64,000 nucleotides of DNA, from positions 32,001 to 96,000 of the forward strand of contig JBCBZT010000011.1 in the NCBI GenBank assembly GCA_039815185.1, in the 5' to 3' direction. Below the pieces are notes generated by a model. The model saw nothing but the letters and a program-made list of their open reading frames with translations. It searched no databases and was not told where the DNA came from. The stretch comes from Cyanobacteria bacterium P01_A01_bin.123. GTDB lineage: Bacteria; Cyanobacteriota; Cyanobacteriia; Phormidesmidales; Phormidesmidaceae. A program made the position numbers and the translations under genes. Below, piece by piece: positions 61,460-64,000 of the stretch. Each line of letters opens with the position of its first letter. Position 1 is the stretch's first letter.

Positions 61460-62998
61460 ATGACAGTTGATTACTTGATTGTAGGAAGCGGTCTATCTGC
61501 GCTGGTCTTCGGTGCGCTCATGGCCAACGCCGGAAAACAGGTGCAAATTTTGGAATCCCATGAGCACCCTGGCGGGTTTGGCCATACCTTTACCATGGCC
61601 CAAAAATACACCTTCAATGCCCAACTGCACTACGTTTGGGATTGTGGCGCAGGCAATACGGTGAACCGGGTGCTGAAACGGCTTGATCTCGATCAGGCTA
61701 TTACTTTTGAACGGTATGACCCGGATGGATTCGATCACATGCGAATGCCCGGTTATGCCCTAGATATTCCCTCAGATGCGGCCACGTTGATTCAGCGACT
61801 CTCTCAGCTTTTCCCTGACCACCAAAAGCCAATCCAGCAATTTATTGACGAAGTTCAAAACGTTCGGGCTGGATTGAAAATCCTGTCTCCACCCGTGCAG
61901 CCCTTAGAACTACTGAAGCACTTGGGTCAGGCAACAGCAACAGCTCGGTATATGAACAGCACCTTACAGGATGTTTTCGATAAGTTTAAGCTGCCCGAAG
62001 CCGCACAAACCCTACTGGCGCTGCAATGGCCTGATTTTTTGTTGCCGCCAAACCAACTTTCCTTTTATGCCTGGGTAATTCTGTTTACCGGCTATCAAGA
62101 AGGTGCATTTTACCCGACTCAACATTTTGAAGCGGTTATCAATGCCTTAGTCAGCGTGATTGAAAACCATGGTGGGCGGGTCTTGCTGAATCAAGAAGTC
62201 GTGAACTTTTTGGTCACAGACAAAACAGTCGAGGGGGTTCAGGCAATTGACCGCCTCACCCACGTGACCCAAGACTTCACTGCCGATACCATCATCTGCA
62301 ATATGGATCCGAAAAAAGCAGCCAAGATGATCGGCATTGAAAAGTTCTCGAAGGCAATCTGCAAAAAGTTGGATTATGACTACTCCCCTTCAAATTTTAT
62401 GGCCTACTGTGTGGTCAAAGATCTAGACCTGCGGGACTACGGATTTGGCAAGTGGAATATCTTTCATACTGAGCATCCCAATCTGAACGATGCCTTTGAT
62501 CAGATGTATGGTCAGAACGATTTTTCCCAGCTCAGCTTTGCCATCACAACACCGACCTTACTGACAGACGAACATCGAGATTGTCCCAAGGATTGCCAAA
62601 TCATTGAGTTTTTAACCGTCGCGAACTACGACTATTTTCGGGAGCTGCTAGCGCGCGATCGCAAGCTTTATAACCAAAAAAAAGCAGAGATTCTAGACCA
62701 CATTCTCGACATTGTTGAAGCCCATTATGTGCCTAACTTGAGAGACCATCTCGTCTTCAAGATCACCGGTAGCCCAACCACCAATGAACGGTTTTGTAGC
62801 TGCCCCAGCGGTAATTCCTACGGATCAAGCCTGACTCCCAAAAATATGGGGCTGGGTCGGCTGAATCATCAGAGTTCGCTAAAGAATTTCTATTTCTGCA
62901 ATGCCTCCTCTGGTTATCCAGGCTTTGCGCCTACCTTTTGGACGGGGGCACTTCTGTATCAAAGACTGTCCGGCGATGTCATTTTAGGGAAGGGCTAA
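61460..62998 (+). CDS. FAD-dependent oxidoreductase, phytoene desaturase/retinol saturase-like
   Basis: IVGSGLSAL Rossmann motif, E.H..PGG, SPTTNERF...G.SYG. Confidence 0.8.
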   Translation: MTVDYLIVGSGLSALVFGALMANAGKQVQILESHEHPGGFGHTFTMAQKYTFNAQLHYVWDCGAGNTVNRVLKRLDLDQAITFERYDPDGFDHMRMPGYALDIPSDAATLIQRLSQLFPDHQKPIQQFIDEVQNVRAGLKILSPPVQPLELLKHLGQATATARYMNSTLQDVFDKFKLPEAAQTLLALQWPDFLLPPNQLSFYAWVILFTGYQEGAFYPTQHFEAVINALVSVIENHGGRVLLNQEVVNFLVTDKTVEGVQAIDRLTHVTQDFTADTIICNMDPKKAAKMIGIEKFSKAICKKLDYDYSPSNFMAYCVVKDLDLRDYGFGKWNIFHTEHPNLNDAFDQMYGQNDFSQLSFAITTPTLLTDEHRDCPKDCQIIEFLTVANYDYFRELLARDRKLYNQKKAEILDHILDIVEAHYVPNLRDHLVFKITGSPTTNERFCSCPSGNSYGSSLTPKNMGLGRLNHQSSLKNFYFCNASSGYPGFAPTFWTGALLYQRLSGDVILGKG

Positions 62999-63003
62999 AG
63001 GCT

Positions 63004-64000
63004 ATGAGAATCGCAATCATTGGAGGTGGCGCCAGTGGCATGGTGACGGCCTACTTGCTCGATCAACAAAGGCATCAGGTCACAGTTTTTGAACGCCAAT
63101 CAGTTTTAGGCGGACACATTCGCACCCTCAACAAAAATGTGCAGCCCAACCATTCAAACTCTGACCAAATCTTGGAAAACGGCGTACTGGAGTTTCCAGC
63201 TGCGTTTCACAACTTCTTGGCGCTGATGCAAACCTTGGAGGTTGAGTTAGACCCCGTTGATATTGGCTCTGCATTGTTTTTGCAAGATGGTCGTCATTTT
63301 CTCTCCAGTACTATGATTCGCAAGAATTTTACGGGGATGCAACGGCTCCTGGAATATCTAAGGCTAGATACGCTGTACGCTCGTTCGGCTGGATTTTGGG
63401 TGAGAATGCAATTTCGAAAGATGCAGGATTTTTATGCCCAGCCCATGTCTCAGCACTTGCCACGCCCCTGTATTCGCAACTGCTGGCTCAAATTGTTGAC
63501 CATGTACAGCTATTCCATGCCCTTTGAGCTGATTGATGATTTTCCCGCAGAGTTGGCGATTCCAGCCCTACGTCAATATATTTTCGTCCATTGGTTCAGA
63601 ATTAAGGGCGGCGTGTATACCTACATTGAAAAAATTCTGGAACGGTTTAGAGGCACAATTTTCCTCAATGCCAACGTGAAAGGGATTACCCGAAATCCTA
63701 ATGGCGTTGCCATCGAGTTGCCCGAGGGATCGCAGTCGTTTGACAAGGTGGTGTTTGCAACACCACCAGATCAGGTGATGAAGCTGTTGGCTGACCCCAC
63801 CCCAGCTGAATGCAAGCGCTTCTCAAGTTGGCGGGAGAACCAAGTGCGAACCCTTCTCCATTCAGATACAACAATGTACGAGCGCTATGGCATTGCCCAA
63901 CCTTCGGAGTTTGACTTTTTCCAAACCGATGAAGGCTGGGGCTACAATGCTTTCCTGAATCAGCTCTGCGGGATTGACTCACCCCAACGTTATAGTTTGG
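63004..64000 (+). CDS. FAD/NAD-binding oxidoreductase (runs off the window edge; missing from the ORF track)
   Basis: Manual translation MRIAIIGGGASGMVTAYLL...VTVFERQSVLGGHIRT; later FDKVVFATPPDQ. Confidence 0.8.
   Translation, partial: MRIAIIGGGASGMVTAYLLDQQRHQVTVFERQSVLGGHIRTLNKNVQPNHSNSDQILENGVLEFPAAFHNFLALMQTLEVELDPVDIGSALFLQDGRHFLSSTMIRKNFTGMQRLLEYLRLDTLYARSAGFWVRMQFRKMQDFYAQPMSQHLPRPCIRNCWLKLLTMYSYSMPFELIDDFPAELAIPALRQYIFVHWFRIKGGVYTYIEKILERFRGTIFLNANVKGITRNPNGVAIELPEGSQSFDKVVFATPPDQVMKLLADPTPAECKRFSSWRENQVRTLLHSDTTMYERYGIAQPSEFDFFQTDEGWGYNAFLNQLCGIDSPQRYSL

Overview
Cyanobacterial chromosomal window. HIP1 (GCGATCGC) is abundant, and petG, cytM, a cpmA/larB-like gene and NtcA boxes are present; the gene style suggests a filamentous Leptolyngbya-like strain (inference). 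The first ~29 kb is mostly housekeeping: larB/cpmA, cytM, petG, gmk, ftsI, ilvB, rpsN, nth, rseP, serS, nfuA, a peroxiredoxin, an rsbU-like phosphatase, cobK, a mannose-1-P guanylyltransferase, an SSB-like gene, a cellulose-synthase-like GT2, purQS and zur. The rest is more accessory. Main observations: (1) a nucleosidase-FGE-sulfatase gene whose 3' end looks like a DGR variable region and runs into a structured, TR-flank-like sequence, with no reverse transcriptase in the window; (2) a NACHT-membrane protein and its small upstream partner sharing an alignable Q/N/G-rich RHIM/amyloid-like N-terminal motif; (3) an amine gamma-glutamylation cluster with three NtcA boxes (GlnT/GmaS-like ligase, Fe-ADH, ALDH, PuuD-like hydrolase, PhyH dioxygenase, atypical Amt), split by the NACHT/TA/Uma2 block; (4) a 105-bp structured MITE/REP-like element in 5 full and 3 partial copies. 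No rRNA, tRNA, CRISPR array or transposase was recognised. All product calls come from motif recognition by eye, not database searches.
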